64,000 nucleotides of DNA from Somniosus microcephalus. Taxonomy: Eukaryota. Position 1 is the stretch's first letter, and every line of letters begins with the position of its first letter. The notes under the pieces were generated by a model. That model was not told where the DNA came from. It saw nothing but the letters and a program-made list of their open reading frames with translations, and ran no database searches. The stretch is from NCBI GenBank assembly GCA_052327205.1, contig CM126204.1:327918001-327982000 (forward strand), in the 5' to 3' direction. This document shows positions 13,469-27,127 of the stretch, piece by piece. The position numbers were made by a program, and so were the translations under genes.

Positions 13469-13629
13469 GGCCTAGAAATTCGTCGCGGGCGGTGGCGCAA
13501 AACGGGCGGTGTCGGATCGGCCGCCCGTTAGACGAGGTCAATGGCACTGAATATCAGGCGCTGCGTATAACGGCCGGCCGATCCCATACCGCCCGTTCTG
13601 TGCCACTGCCCGGGATGAATTTCTAGCCC
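13469..13629. mobile_element. Short palindromic MITE
   Basis: GGCCTAGAAATTC...GAATTTCTAGCCC termini with internal inverted symmetry. Confidence 0.7.
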
Positions 13630-14008
13630 TTTGTTTCTCCTGATAGATGGGGCTAACATGGGGTACTCCACTGCTAAGTCATCATTCTAAATTGCCTCTT
13701 GATGGAAATAACTCAACTAAATCAGAGTGAAATGGGTTTTTATACCAACTTTACTTGAATGTGGTCATAGATTCAGTGCATAACAAATACTCTGGGCACA
13801 TTTGTGGGGATCGGGCTGAGGAAACGTCATTGCGTATCAGGACTGCAATACTGAAATTCAGTGCATATAAAATGGTATCCCAGCACTGATATCACTCACT
13901 TTGATCATCACCAGAAAATTCTCTGAGAATTAAGAATTAAAAACAAAAAGCTCTTGAGAGCAAAGGGACACCATTGAGATAGCAAATTATAATTTTTGTC
14001 ATACTCAC

Positions 14009-14078
14009 TCGCTCAATCATTCCATTCTCAATGATAGGCACTCCAGATTTGTAACAGATTTTGTTTAAATCCCAGGAC
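14009..14078 (-). CDS. ptch2: Patched-2 exon 4 (SWDLNKICYKSGVPIIENGMIER)
   Basis: TTTCAG acceptor and GTGAGT donor; 70 nt. The peptide is diagnostic of PTCH2 rather than PTCH1. Confidence 0.95.
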
Positions 14079-14706
14079 CTGAAAGAAAGGTTAAAGGGCA
14101 ATGACCTGGTTAAACAGTACACTGACGGAGCCAGCAATGCTAATTACTGAGTGCATGAACATACGAATTTATTTACAACTGTGGATGTCTGAACATTGTA
14201 CTGTTAAGAATTTAATTTAAATGTTCTGTAGACAATATTGTTTGTGGATGCTCCTCTCTCCCCAAAAATATAGGTAAGCAGGACAAGTTTTCAACTGTGT
14301 CATCAGATACTGAGTGGAGGCATGAAAGAATGACTTAAGAGGGAGGAACATCTATGACGTCAAGTTGAATCAGGTCGGCAGCTGGTGGGAAGGACGAAGA
14401 GGCCATCCAACTAGTGAAAACATTTTCGATGTGGGGCCAGGCCCTCCCGAAACACCACCATACACCTGGAAGCCAGCAAGAGGCCCTTGGCCGCCTGATC
14501 CTCAGCTGCCACCAGCCGCTCTGTGCCCTCTTCCTGCCCAGAATGGATGGGAAGTGCACTGGCGTCATTTAAAATGAGTTCCGGCAGTTGAAATACCCCA
14601 GACCTAAAAATTAGGGTAGCGAGTGTGTTTTCGCACTTGCCCTGCCTCCCCCGCCCGCCTGAAACCCGGCCCTCGTGTCAATATGTGATGGGAGCAGCTT
14701 TCTTAC

Positions 14707-14896
14707 TTTCCATATAGCAAGACTTGTACTTTGCTGGCTGCTAGCGCGGCATCCAGGTGCTGAAGCAATGCCTCCTGAATAAGGATATTTTCCCCTTCTT
14801 TTTTCGAGGTCTGAATTAGCATCTGTGTAGTGAAGATCGTCTCCTCGCCCAGTTTGTCTCGTGTGTACATTAACTCTCGACTCACTCTGCTTCCCA
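14707..14896 (-). CDS. ptch2: Patched-2 exon 3 ([19 protein letters not shown]...VQVLLYGK)
   Basis: TGCAG acceptor and GTAAGA donor; 190 nt; phase continues from exon 2 (G|TG = Val). Confidence 0.95.
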
Positions 14897-15064
14897 CTGC
14901 AGAAAAAAACCCACAGAAAAGTACATTTAAAACAATACTATGAATAGTATAATTAACATGTGATTACTGTGACAATAAACCTAAGAAACTTGTTCAACAA
15001 GATAGCCATTCACTTCAGCATCAGTCATGTCAACAATTACCAGCTCTAGCTTAAGAGATGTTTG

Positions 15065-15395
15065 CTAGGGTCAGAGTGGTGTACATGATTAAAAATTGTC
15101 TCTTCACCTTTGGGAACCAGGATCAAACCCAGTTTAGACTGAGGGAATGAAAGTCTCCTCTGCAAGAGTCTTAAACAAAATGAGTTTAAGGCAATCTTGA
15201 TCCAGTTCCTAGTGGGCAAGAGTCCATGGAAGAAATTGGTACTAAACAGACAATCTCACACAGAGGCCATAAAGATGGCTGGCATGGGAAATGGAAATTC
15301 TGCACAGTTTAAATGGGGTGGCTCGTCTCATCTTGGGGTTAAGGCACGGGTTGCGGAATGGAGTTTAAAGAATTTTATCCTGCATTTAACTCAAG
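15065..15395 (+). mobile_element. Ancient LF-SINE-like element
   Basis: CTTCACCT...AAATGAGTT...TCCAGTTCCTAGTGG resembles the recalled LF-SINE consensus. A similar head occurs at about 13325-13410. Confidence 0.5.
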
Positions 15396-18300
15396 ACCTG
15401 GAAAGTTTGATGGGAGAAAAATATTCCAGTCCACAGCACTAACAATCCGCAACTTTTGGAGTACAAAATTCACTCTTCCTCTTCCTTAAATCATATCTGC
15501 TGACCACAGGCTGAGCTTACAGAACTGCTGCTTGTTCCTACCCAGCTGTAGCCAGGCCCAAAGGTGCAGCACATGGACACCTACAGACTGGAATGACTCC
15601 TGAATACCTCCATCTGACCCAGAGAGGAGGGGAAGGAGACAGTGATGCCTTATGTATGAGCGGCGAACTATTTAACCCGTTCATAAAAAATATTATAGTT
15701 TTTCTTTATTTAAATTCTTCCCTTCGAGCAGTTGTGTGTAAATTAAACACTTACAACAATTAAACTGCTAAATGAAACCTGCCACATTGAGTTGAACGCA
15801 GTGTTTGAATTTTTTTACAATTTATTTTTGAACAATGGTATATTGTACCTCATCCCTCCAGAGGGCATTCTAAAAAATATGCATAATAATAATTTATGCT
15901 GTAGTGCAGCTCGAGCCCAGTTGGTCCTCCCTCCCTCCAGATTAACTGGAATAAAGTACAGCTCAACTGGAGTAAAGTAAAGTAAAATGAAACAGAGTAA
16001 AGAAGATAGGAAAGTAAGAATAGATACTCAAAACTCGTAAGTCTATTACCCACAAAAGATAAACATTATTTTTCCTGCAATGACCACGATTTGGAAATGT
16101 GGACCAGTAACTTTTCACAGTGCTTGATCCTTGATCGGGAACTGTGAATTCTTTTTGAGCCCTGAGGTAGTATTGTTGACTGTTTACACTTTGTACTGGA
16201 TTTTCGGACTCAAGATGTTAAAAGGAGTATCAGAGAAAACAAAGCACTGTGCCTTTAAAATAGGAATAGTCCAAGCCTTGATTACAGTAATGGGCTGTCC
16301 TTTCACTCATAAAAATCTACACTGAGACAGTACAGCCTCTCTTGGCCTGGAGTGCGTAAGTCATTTCCTGGCTTGCGTGGTGCATGCCTTTCACTTTCAT
16401 TCCCCGATTACTACCCTGGCTCCCACTTCCCCACAGTACGGCTCCATTTCCTACATGCTTTCATCTGCTATACAGTCCAAATTGAAGGGCTGGCAGACAT
16501 CCAGTGTGAGGTAAACCAGCATCATAGAGCAAGACCACAAACAGGGAGTATTAGAAAGCATTATTTTTAATATCCTGACAGATGTTAAGTTCCCTCCTCT
16601 TGCTGTGGGTAGCCAAACACCTCTGACTGCTTGGCTCTGTTGACTGTCAGTTTAATACTTGTGCTACTAGGGGGTGGCAGGGCCTACTCAATGAATATCT
16701 ACATCACAGCCTAAACAGAACCTTCCATTTATACAGCAACATTCCGTTGTTCTGGAAAAACAGAAATGTCACAGTCATTTTATTTTTTTTAAATATGTTT
16801 TTGAAGGTATAATAATTAGAGGAACATCCCTGGAGAGCAAGTTTGCCAATCCGGCACTCCCAGTGGAGAGCTGTGCTCGAAGGGCGAGCAGGCCGGAGAA
16901 TTAATGCTATAGTTTTGTAGCCTTGTCTCCAGTGTGCACTCCCTTCGAGAATGTCTTCCCACAGGGAGCACAGGATCAGTGAATTTATGCTTATATTTCC
17001 TTCCATTAAAGGGGCGCCGTCTTCTCATAAAACATATTGCTAAGTAAATTACAAATAGAGGAGAGGTTTGCTGAGAGACCTCCTTTACTATCAAACTCAG
17101 ATTGTAATCCACTCAGTCACTGCTCTAGTGCAGGAACAAAAATCTAATCTCAGTTTCTGTGTTTGTGACATTGTAAAGAAGAGAATAAAAGTGTAAAGTC
17201 CTCACAAGTTTTCCATATGCCTCAAACTAGAATGATATGAAATTTTGCACAACAGTTGGGAATATATTAACAAAATGAGCGGGTAAATTCTACACCAATA
17301 TATTTTGTATTCCCGCTATTGTTTGAAGTGTGGTGTATGTTTGCTTTGACTGTCAAAACAACTAAAATACTTATAACTTAGATGAAAGTGTCACTATACG
17401 CTGTGAACTAAATCAATTGGATCCCCTGCCACTGTACTGAAGAAGGGCAAAAATATAACGTTAAAGTTGGACAAGTAAAGTTATATACAGTTTTATTTTG
17501 GGAAGGCCAACCCAGTTTTGAGTCAGTGCCAGGACACAAGTGTGCACTTGGGATTTTCTCACAGGGGAGCCACTGACTTCAATCATAGAGTGTCACTGAG
17601 GAGTCAAGGGAAAATTGGAGGGAAAGTCAAACTCAGGGGCAGTGGTTGTGCAACTTGTAGCAGCCAGCCATACAGTGACACTGATCTGGAAGCAAGTCCC
17701 CTGTTCACCGTTTCAGCTGGGGGAAGACATGTGTCACTGGATGGAAGGAGGAGATAAACAATAAAATACCTTACAATTAAATGAATACATAGCAAAAGTA
17801 ATGTTTGTTTTTAGTTGGTACAGAAATGACTGAGGGCCACACCAAGCAGTCAGACCCTCAATGAAGCACATGCTATTTTATTGGAGCCTTGAGTGTGCTG
17901 TTTAAAATGACCTACATATAAATTTAAGCTCAATTTAATTTTATTAGAAATGCTGGAAATAGTGGGTACATCATGTATGGTTTTTGATCAAAACTAGCTC
18001 ACAAAGGGAAACAGTGAGAGAGAAAAATCCCTTTCATCTTAAATTCAGCAATGTGATCTAAAGTCAATCGCATGTAAGCTTGTAAAAAAAAAGGAATGAA
18101 TCCTCAAGTTCCAAAAGTTGATTAACTAGACCGAACACGACAAGGCGAGATGAAAATTAACCATCTGAAAAGCAACACATCAAAGGAGACACAGCCTACT
18201 ACTGTTCCCCCTTTAACAAGGATAAAACAAAGTTTTTGGGCCAACTGATTCACAATTAACAAAGACATCAACTGGCAGGTTGCACTCTTGAAAAGGGAGT

Positions 18301-19167
18301 GTTACCATCAGACCCCTTTAAGAGTATCTCTTCATCAGGACCCCTTTTAAAGAGGTTAGCCCCAATTGTATCACTGCCCATCCGGTGGGAATGGTGTGGG
18401 CGGGCGAGGGGGGTTTAAAAGCGTTGCCACCCCCTCTACCATTTTAACGCCCAAGTTTTCGGGAGTGTGGAGGTCTCCCGCCACGGCTACATTTTTCTAC
18501 ATTAAAGGCGCTATAGAAATGCAAGTTGTTGTTGTTAATAAAGGATGAGCCCACCTTCAGCTTCTATTTTACAAAAGCAATTTCATCATCAAGACCTTTA
18601 TTTAACTTGGGAAAGAGGAGTTTGCGCCATTATTGGGGTATCATGCACCATTCATAGCTTGGCAGAGCTGGCAGGTGACCTGTTCCCAACCTAAGCAAAA
18701 AACTCCTTATGCGTTAAAGTACATGACCTCCACTTGGTACAATCGCAAATCCCCCTACCACAGAAAATGTACCCCTCACCCGCAATGATTCTGTGGCTAA
18801 GACTGGGAAGTTACTGCATGAGCTTCGTGGCAATGTCCATCGGGGCCCCATACACACAGCACTGCCGTGTCACTTCTCAGAATTCGATACTTAAAGAAAT
18901 TACATGCAACCTTGCCAAAGTTGTGTAAAATAAAAGATTGTCTTTAATTACTTTCTTTTTGTTTAAATTAGCCAAAAGGATGGTTTAAACGGTTCACAAA
19001 ACCACGCTTCAAATGAATTATGTGCCAGGAAAGCCTTTTTAAATTGATTCTTTAAGTAACTTTGGAAACTGCAGTCTGTGTAGGCAAACAAAATGGAGAC
19101 TGTCCCTTTAATTACTGGGTTGCTGAACAAAATTACAGTTATTTGCTATCTCCTGTTCTTCCAGCTG

Positions 19168-19176
19168 GACCACCCA
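19168..19176 (+). promoter_or_regulatory. Consensus GLI site in intron 2
   Basis: Exact GACCACCCA; function is inferred only. Confidence 0.45.
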
Positions 19177-19584
19177 GAATACCCAAACATTAAAACTGGC
19201 TGACACCCCGTCATGTCAGACCCAAATGCTAGGCGGTATCCAGTTTAAAAACCAACAGAGTGATGAGAATCTGGTCCTTCCTTATAATGGCTTTGTTCCT
19301 GCAGTCACATGCTATTTTTCCAATGCTTGGTTTATGACACCATTAAGACAAGTCTGGTTCCTCCTCTTTGTCTACAGGCATTACTATATAACAAAACAGA
19401 ACCCCTCCCCACCATACCCAACTCCTTCATTGACCAAGTGAACATGCTAGAGAATTGGTCTCAGACCTCCACCAATGCGACTCCATTCCACCTGCTGGGT
19501 GGTGCATGAGCGTAATCCCATAGGTGAACACTCATCCTTTTCTGTGGGAGAAGTGCCTGGGCTCTGCTCTGTTTCTTCCCATGC

Positions 19585-19752
19585 CATCACAGAATCACAG
19601 AATCACAGAAACCCCACAGTGCAGATAGAGGCCATTTCGGCCCATCGAGCCTACACCAACACATATCCCACCCTATCCCCGTAACCCCACGTATTTAATC
19701 CCCCTAACACTAAGGGTCAATTTATCATAGCCAATCAACCTAACCCGCACCA
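19585..19752 (-). mobile_element. HE1-like shark SINE 3' fragment
   Basis: (ATTCTGTG)n tail with a CR1-type 3' hairpin, and GTGCGGGTTAGGTTGATTGGCTATG on the minus strand. Confidence 0.55.
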
Positions 19753-20362
19753 TGTATGGTTAAAACTGGGAGATCAGCAAGTGAGGGACGATGGGTATGA
19801 GCCCTTGCCCTACCCAATCTACAGTGCAGTCTGTCAAAGCACCAACAGGTTTTACCACCACAACACCCTTTATAAACAATTTTCCTTCATCCGTTTAAGT
19901 TCCTATGTATAGCAAATTTAACTCCTTGGCACAATACAGCAACACCCATCCCCTACTCTAGGCCTCTGCCAATGTTACTCAATAATTAACCACTAAATGT
20001 GATAGAATGAACTCTCCACCCCCCCAAACCTAGCCTGAAAAAAATTGAAAGTAAAGGCCAACAGCAAGGCGAGAAAGGGCGCAAGAAAATTAGGGAAAAA
20101 AATGATGAGAATGCTAAAATCCCCCCAAAGATATAAGAAAATGGAAAATGCACATTAGACTTTTAATCAGCGACAAAAGACAGTGATTTTCTTATGCTTC
20201 CAATATATTCTAAAGAGGGTGACAGTTATCATATTTATGCCATGGGAGCTATGGCAGTGCGGAGAGATGAGATTCCGAAGGTACATCACATCAAATAACA
20301 GAAAAGACTAGCGATACAGGAATATTTTTGCAGCTTGAAGATTATAATTGCTATAAATTATG

Positions 20363-20529
20363 TAGAGAATAATGGATACTTGGGGGTGATTACAAGGCTG
20401 TAGTCTAATTGAGATGTTTGGATGGTTTATATATAGAATAATGGATGTCTGGGAATGATTATAAGGCTGCAATCTAGTTAAGGGAATGAGATGGTTTATG
20501 CATAGAATAATGGATACCTGAGGATGATT
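20363..20529. repeat. Degenerate 69-bp tandem repeat, about 2.4 copies
   Basis: GAATAATGGAT recurs at 20367, 20436 and 20505. Confidence 0.75.
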
Positions 20530-21597
20530 CAAAGCAGTTAAAAGAGGGGTTCAGCTAAGCTTGAGTGGGTTTATAATTGTTATCTGAAGCCCAAAGCTTA
20601 TACTCCTGAAATTACTCTAGGTGACGCACTTGGGTGGTTTCAATCCAGTTCAGGTCCTTGTTTTTGTTCACATTGACTGTCATAGAGGACAGCCAGTGCA
20701 GAAGAGGCTAAAAAGTTAAGCTTAGGCCTCACAAGAGCGCTCCAAGTAGTTGATGCAGGATGATATCCGACTGTGGAATATCAACCGTGAGACAAACATT
20801 GAATCATCGAAATTACAGCACAAAATGAGGCCATTCTGCCCAAGTGGATGGATACATTGCAATCAAGTGCAGATCTTCCAACGCATCCTCATTTTGAGGG
20901 TGACTGTGGCTTTTCTGAACAATTACCTGCTATTTTTAAGTATTTCTCTTGAGTATTTAATAGATTTATCTCATTAGTTTGTTTACTGATATATTTTGTA
21001 TCCAACAGAATGAAGGCTTTGTGACAAACTCTTCTGTGGCCTAATACAGCCTCGATATTTCCAGTAAATTTAGCTACACCTTGCATTTTTAACACTTGGA
21101 TTGGTCTACATCTCCACCTGCAACTGTCAATATAAAAATACTGCTATTACCATAGTGACACTAGCGATCGAAACTAACTTGTTTTTTTCAAAATAGCTTT
21201 TCATTCTTTTAAATTAATTAATTTCCCATCTTCAGTTCCCCAAGCATTGAAATCTAAGACGTCATCAGGGTCAGACTGCTTCCAGGCCTCTTCCAAGACT
21301 CCCCTTCGCCCTCAATCAGCCACCAGGAAGTGCGAGAGACTGTGTATGTTCCCTCTGATTCCCCTCGCCCCTCCTCTGCCACCCCCTCCTCCCCGGGAAA
21401 CATCGTAACCTTTGCTTTGTGCCTCCCCTGTTCGAGGAAGCTCAGGTTGGGAACTGAATGGAGCAAAAATCTAAACCTACAGCTGGCCCAGCTCTATGAC
21501 TCCCAAGTACTAGTATCCCTAACACTTGGTATCACCATGCAGGCCCATTCTTATCTCCATCGCTGTCAACCAAACAGCTGCCGCCGACATGCCTATA

Positions 21598-22003
21598 TTC
21601 TCTAGAGTTTAGAAGAATGAGAGGTGATCTCATTGAAACATACAAAATTCTTACAGGGCTTGACAGGGTAGATGCAGGGAGGATGTTTCCCCTGGCTGGG
21701 GAGTCTAGAACCAGGGGTCACAGTCTCAGAATAAGGGGTCGGCCATTTAGGACTGAGATGAGGAGAAATATCTTCACTCAGAGGGTGGTGACTCTTTGGA
21801 ATTCTCTACCCTAGAGGGCTGTGGAGGCTCAGTCGTTGAGCATATTCAAGACAGAGATCGATAGATTTTTGAATATTTAGGGATATGGGGATAGTGCAGG
21901 AAAGTGGAGATGAGGTAGAAGATCAGCCATGATCTTATTGAATGGCGGAGCAGGCTCGAGGGGCCAAATGGCCTACTCCTGCTCCTATTTCTTATGTTCT
22001 TAT
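21598..22003 (+). mobile_element. CR1 LINE 3' fragment
   Basis: RGDLIETYKIL...RTRGHSL...FTQRVVTLWNSLP, followed by a CR1 3' end (GGCCTACTCCTGCTCC, TTCTTATG tail). Confidence 0.9.
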
Positions 22004-23919
22004 GTAAGCAAACAGGCTTCAATAAAAAACATAACCTCCACCTGGTATTCAATCATAAAGAATAGAAATTGGCTGCAGGAGTTATAAGGCAATACTCAAT
22101 TCTCAAGAGTTCGGCTATTACTAAAATAACCAATCACTCTTACCTATCTTAGAAAAAATGACCTGTTTTAAGTTTCAGTCTTACTCTCCAAGGAGTGAAT
22201 AACAATATTACCAACTGTGTTACCGTGATGACATTCACGATGCCAACAAAACCCCTGAAAGCAATAACTGCCTCGTGTCTTACTGCCAGCCATTTGTCTT
22301 ACAAGTTTTACATCACTCCTCCTCCTCCGTGCACGAGAGAGAAAAATTGGCTACCATTTCCTTTTCAACACATTCCAGTCAAGCCGCTTTAAGCAGATTT
22401 GGACTCCTTGACTTGCTATTTCCTTTTGACTTATTTTTAAGTCAATGGTGTCAATTTTGGAAATACAGTACCAAAGACCCTTATCTGGCGATTTCACTGG
22501 GATTTACTGAAGCCGACACTCTAACTGCAGCTGTACTCGAGCCTCAGGGGGCACTGAGCCAAGACAAGTGCACAAGGCAGCATCTTCACTTCTTCAACAG
22601 ACAAATGAGCTGTAAAAATGTTTTGTACTGGGGAAATCAAAAATGAATTTTTAGATTTTTTTTTTTAATAAGCACTTTGACCAGCTGGTTATGATGGTGC
22701 TATTGCTCTCTACTCAGTGCTAAGTTCTGGCTTTTATGTTGGAATTTTGATTCTCCTCCTCATTATTACTGATTATAATAATAATTTTGTTACTCTTTGA
22801 TATCTTAATTTTAGTAATTTCCTTCCCCAACCCCCCCCGTCCCCACCCTTTCTTTTCAGTTCCCTAACCCACGGACCATACTAAAGTTAATGAAATAGGC
22901 AAGCAGCACTACCATTCCAGCTCAGTGAACAACTGTCATATAACGCACAGAGCCTTGCCCTGCCAATGTTTCCATTCCTTCCTGTGGGTAAGCACTTAGC
23001 CTCTGCTCTGCACCTTCCCTGCAGTCAGAAAGTTGACAGATGTGATCTGGCACCCTATCAACAAAGTAGTTCAGGACAGTGGTGCACCAAATCTGATGTG
23101 CCATTGGGCTGCCTAATAGCCGGTAATTATTTTACTAAGTTGCCACATTTTCTACGGATTTGTATCCGGTTTATTTATATTGGATCCACTCAGTGACACA
23201 ATTTTATTGTTCAAATCCAAAATTCGATGATTTCCAGGCAAGCAGAAAAATAGGATTATGCTGGTTGGGCCTGAGCTGTCACTATTGATAAGATTTTTGA
23301 CAGGTAAGTGTATGAAGGGGTATGGAGGGTAAATGGGATCGAGGTAGCGATCAGCCATGATCTAATTGAATGGCAGAGCAGGCTTGAGGGGCTGAATGCC
23401 CTACTCCTGTTCTATGTTCCTATATTAAGGTAAGAAGTCTTTCAATGCCCTAGTGGTCAAATAATAGATAGGCATTCAACATAGAATATACAGGAACAGG
23501 TCATTCAGTCCAACTAATCTGTGCCGGTGTTTATACTCCGCACGAGTCTCTCGTATTAATATGGTCAAATTTGTGGATTTAGCTCATGTCTTAAGTGTCT
23601 CTTTATTTTTTTTTAAGGATTAGTTTGAGTGCACCTCCGCTTGATACCTCCTGTAGATCTGTAGGACAGTAATTCCACTAGCTAAGTGTAAGGTGTAAGG
23701 TGGGTCGAGGATTACTCACACCCCCACCTCCAAAATCCTGCATTCTTCTTAAATTTACAACCGGATGTGTGAAGGAAGAGATGAGACTGCTTGTAAACTG
23801 TGCCAATGAGACTGCCGCAGCCTCAGAAGTCCTAATTCATTGTTGAATGCAGAATTGCTCTATGACTAAACAGCTCTGTGTTTTATTTTGTGCAACTATT
23901 TTACATCCAACAAGACATG

Positions 23920-24399
23920 GGCCTAGAAATTCGGTGGGCTGCGCCACCAGTTAGTGCCCAAAGAGGGCACTTAGTGGGTTTAGCGCCACTGGCCACGCCT
24001 CCCGCGAAATTTAGCGGGGCGCTAATGGCGGCGCTAGCCGTTAGCGCTGCGCCGCCACCGATGACGTCATCGGTGTGCGCAGCGCCCCGCTACCGCCCCA
24101 ATCGCAAAATTTGGTAGCGCCCCCTGCTGTAACGCCAGTCGCAATTTGCGACTGGTTCAGGGGGGCCTACCTGCGGCGGTAGAGGTGCTGAGGTGTGGGG
24201 CGGCCATTTTTTTTGCTGGCCGCCTGCCAGCACCTCCTCGCGCAGCTGCAAGACGGATGCGGGGTGCCTCGAGTAGCGCCGTGCTTCCGTTTGGGGCGCT
24301 CAAACTGAATTTCCGGCGGGCGCTTGTGACTCCTTCCGGGGCGGTACTTCCGGCGCCCTGGCGAGACTGGTGCATGGGGCGCCACCAAATTTCTAGGCC
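23920..24399. mobile_element. MITE, Harbinger-like
   Basis: TIR GGCCTAGAAATT...AATTTCTAGGCC, 3-bp TSD ATG, CpG-rich interior. Confidence 0.8.
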
Positions 24400-24651
24400 A
24401 TGGACTTTTGAAATTTGATTTTAAAGTCAGGAAATGTCCCGAGTGTGGCTCCTTACCGTTAGTTATCAACTGGCCCAAAAACCAGACAGGTACTAACAAC
24501 CATATCAGAAACACAAGTCAGATTTCACTTCGCATTATTCCTCTCAACACAGAGAGGGTGATTTGTAAGATCATTTTACGCTTGCACACAGTGGTGTACA
24601 CAGCAACCTGATTGATAGCGTGATCATGTCTCCGTGTTCCCAGTCGCTTCT

Positions 24652-25130
24652 GACATAGAACTACATAGAAATAATAACACAGAAACAGACCGTTTGGCCC
24701 AACATTTGGTTCCACTGGAGTTGTCGTCCTAATCCCATATACCCCTTCTGTTCCCATAACCTTTTATCCCCCTTTCCTCCAACCACCTGTCTAACCGTTT
24801 CTTAAATGTTGACATGGTCTCTGCTTCAATCACTAACTCTGGTAGTACATTCTACGGCCTCACAACCCTAAATGTAAAAAATATTTCTCCTGCTCTTTGT
24901 CCTAAATCTCTTACCATCATCCTTACATTTATGTGCCCTCATTCTAGACCCTTCAGTCCATGGAGACAGTCTGTTTCCATCTACTCCGTCCCATCCCTTC
25001 ATAATTTTAAACACCTCTATGAAGTCACCCTGTAATCTCCTCGGTTCTAATGAAGACATAAGACTTTCTTCATATTTGTATTTCTTCATACCAGGCAGCA
25101 TCCTAGTGCATCTGTGTTGTATCCTCTCTA
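24652..25130 (-). mobile_element. Degenerate CR1 LINE 3' fragment
   Basis: RRLQGDFIEVFKIMKG motif and a CR1-type tail. Boundaries are approximate. Confidence 0.75.
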
Positions 25131-25400
25131 CTACCAGAAATGACACCAGCAATGGATTTATTTAAAAGAGAATCTTGTTTTAAAGAAAAGACAGCAATCT
25201 GAAAACTGAACTGAGAAAGTTAGTACTGAAGTAGATTGTAGGTTGTGCACTTGCCATGGAGTCTGATGTGGCTCAGTAGCAGTTTTCAGAGAGAGCTACT
25301 CTACATATTGAGCCTCCCAGAACAACTCCCTGACACAGCAACTCTGCCCCTTTAAAAGTTTACCTAAACTCGTCAGTGTAAAACCTCAATAATCACCAAG

Positions 25401-27127
25401 AGGGGACTTTTTCAGGGGGTCAGCGGGCGTGTTTGGTGACGGGTGGGATGGGAAAAAATGTTTTGACAGTGGGTAGGGAATCCACTGTCAAACCGCCTCC
25501 ACGTTAGTTTCCCAGATATTGGGTCTGTCATCGCTGTACAGACCCGACAGTAAGCGGGGGAGGCAATTTAGATTATTAAGAGCTTGTTAACAGGCACTTA
25601 AAAACTATTTTAAGCTCACCTTTAGATATTAAGAGTTCGCCCATAGCTTCCCCACTGCTCGGGGATCATGTCAGGTAAGCAGGTCAGGAGTTGTGGCACC
25701 ATGGGATCATTTCTTAACTTGACAGCTGCAAATGGTCTATAAAAACTCCCATTTCATAGGTGTTCACTTTCCAAGGTTAGAAGCTGTTGCTTATTGCATT
25801 TGGAAAACAGGTTGAGCTTTATGCAGCTTGCAAGTGTTTGGAGCAAACTCTGTATCCAGTGTCACCTCATTGGAACAACCTCTCTCACCATTGACAGATC
25901 GCTTCTGCCATCTATTCCATCAGCATCGGTGCCCTTGAAACTATCTCACCTTGGTCCTCAGAATCCCACCACAATCAGCCCCAATACCAACAGCACTGGG
26001 CACACCAGCAGCACCAACAACAACACCAACCTTCTCCGCAACCAACTGATGCCGCACAGGACACAGGGCATCAGCACCCGATCACATAGCCAGATTTACT
26101 TCACTTGATGCTGTACACCCTGGCTGCCACATGATGCGCCAGGTTGGCACCACCCTACACCAACACCACAAAGCATCCCTACAATGCCCAAGCCATTCCT
26201 TTCACACTCATCGCCATTGCGGGGGGTACCGTCATGTCTCACCATTCACTGCAACTCTCTAAGCCACTTTCAAAGGTGCACACAAATCTGTCCAAAAATG
26301 CAAAGTGTTGAAAATAAAGATTTCAATGTTTGACAGCACATTAACAGAAACTTCACATGAACATTGGCTAAAACACCCCAGTGCCTACCCTTGTGCGTTG
26401 TTACTTGGTATGAGTGGACTAGGATGAGGGTGAGTGTGAGGGGTGGCTAGTGAGATGGGGAAGTGATAATGTAGATTGCGAGGGATGGGTGGAGGTGCAA
26501 GGTAAGTTGGTGTGAGTAAGGATGTGCAGGAGTAGGGTAGGGAAGGCAGAGTGATGGGGATCTGATGAGTGGCACAGGAGGATGAGGTTGAGTGTGACCT
26601 TGCAGTAACGTTTTGTGATCTACTGAGATCATTGAAAGGTTTGCGCTACTGCAGCCTGGTCCTCCTGAGGACATCCCTGCTTCTGTCCTCCTGTGCAATG
26701 TGCAACCAGGCTGCATTGATCTCCTAGGGGGGTCTCTTCCACCCATTGGAAGGGAAGAGAACCTCCCTGCGTGCTGTGACTCCCTCCAGAAGCATATGGT
26801 GAAGTCATGCGAGAGCCTGGGTGCAGTCATGCAACTCTGTGCAGTGCTCGTAAGTGTTTGTAGCACCTTAACGCTGTAGAACACTGACAGCACAACTGTC
26901 AAAATGAATTTGGGCATGGTCCCTTTAAGGAAACTAGCTGATGACGTGTCACCAAGTGACGTCTTCAGACCCGCTTCCTTCAATTGGCCGGAAATGTGCT
27001 GGCCGGGCTTAACACGCCCAATCAGCGTAAAATCACTTTGGATAGCGGGCTGGAGCCAGCAGCAAGTCGCACCCCGCCACTGACCCCGGCCGCACCTGAC
27101 CCGTTGAGGTAGGGTAAATGGCGGCCC
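25401..27127. mobile_element. Degenerate PIF/Harbinger transposon with a Myb/SANT-like ORF remnant (about 26612-26830, minus)
   Basis: A frameshifted translation APRLS...MLLEGVTARREVLFPSNG...AWLHIAQE...RKPFNDL is typical of Harbinger SANT/trihelix proteins. GC-rich subterminal regions are present; the ends are approximate. Confidence 0.65.

Noticed and set aside
26447-26983. 178-aa ORF as a host gene
   Set aside because: It is mostly an off-frame read-through of a frameshifted Harbinger SANT remnant.
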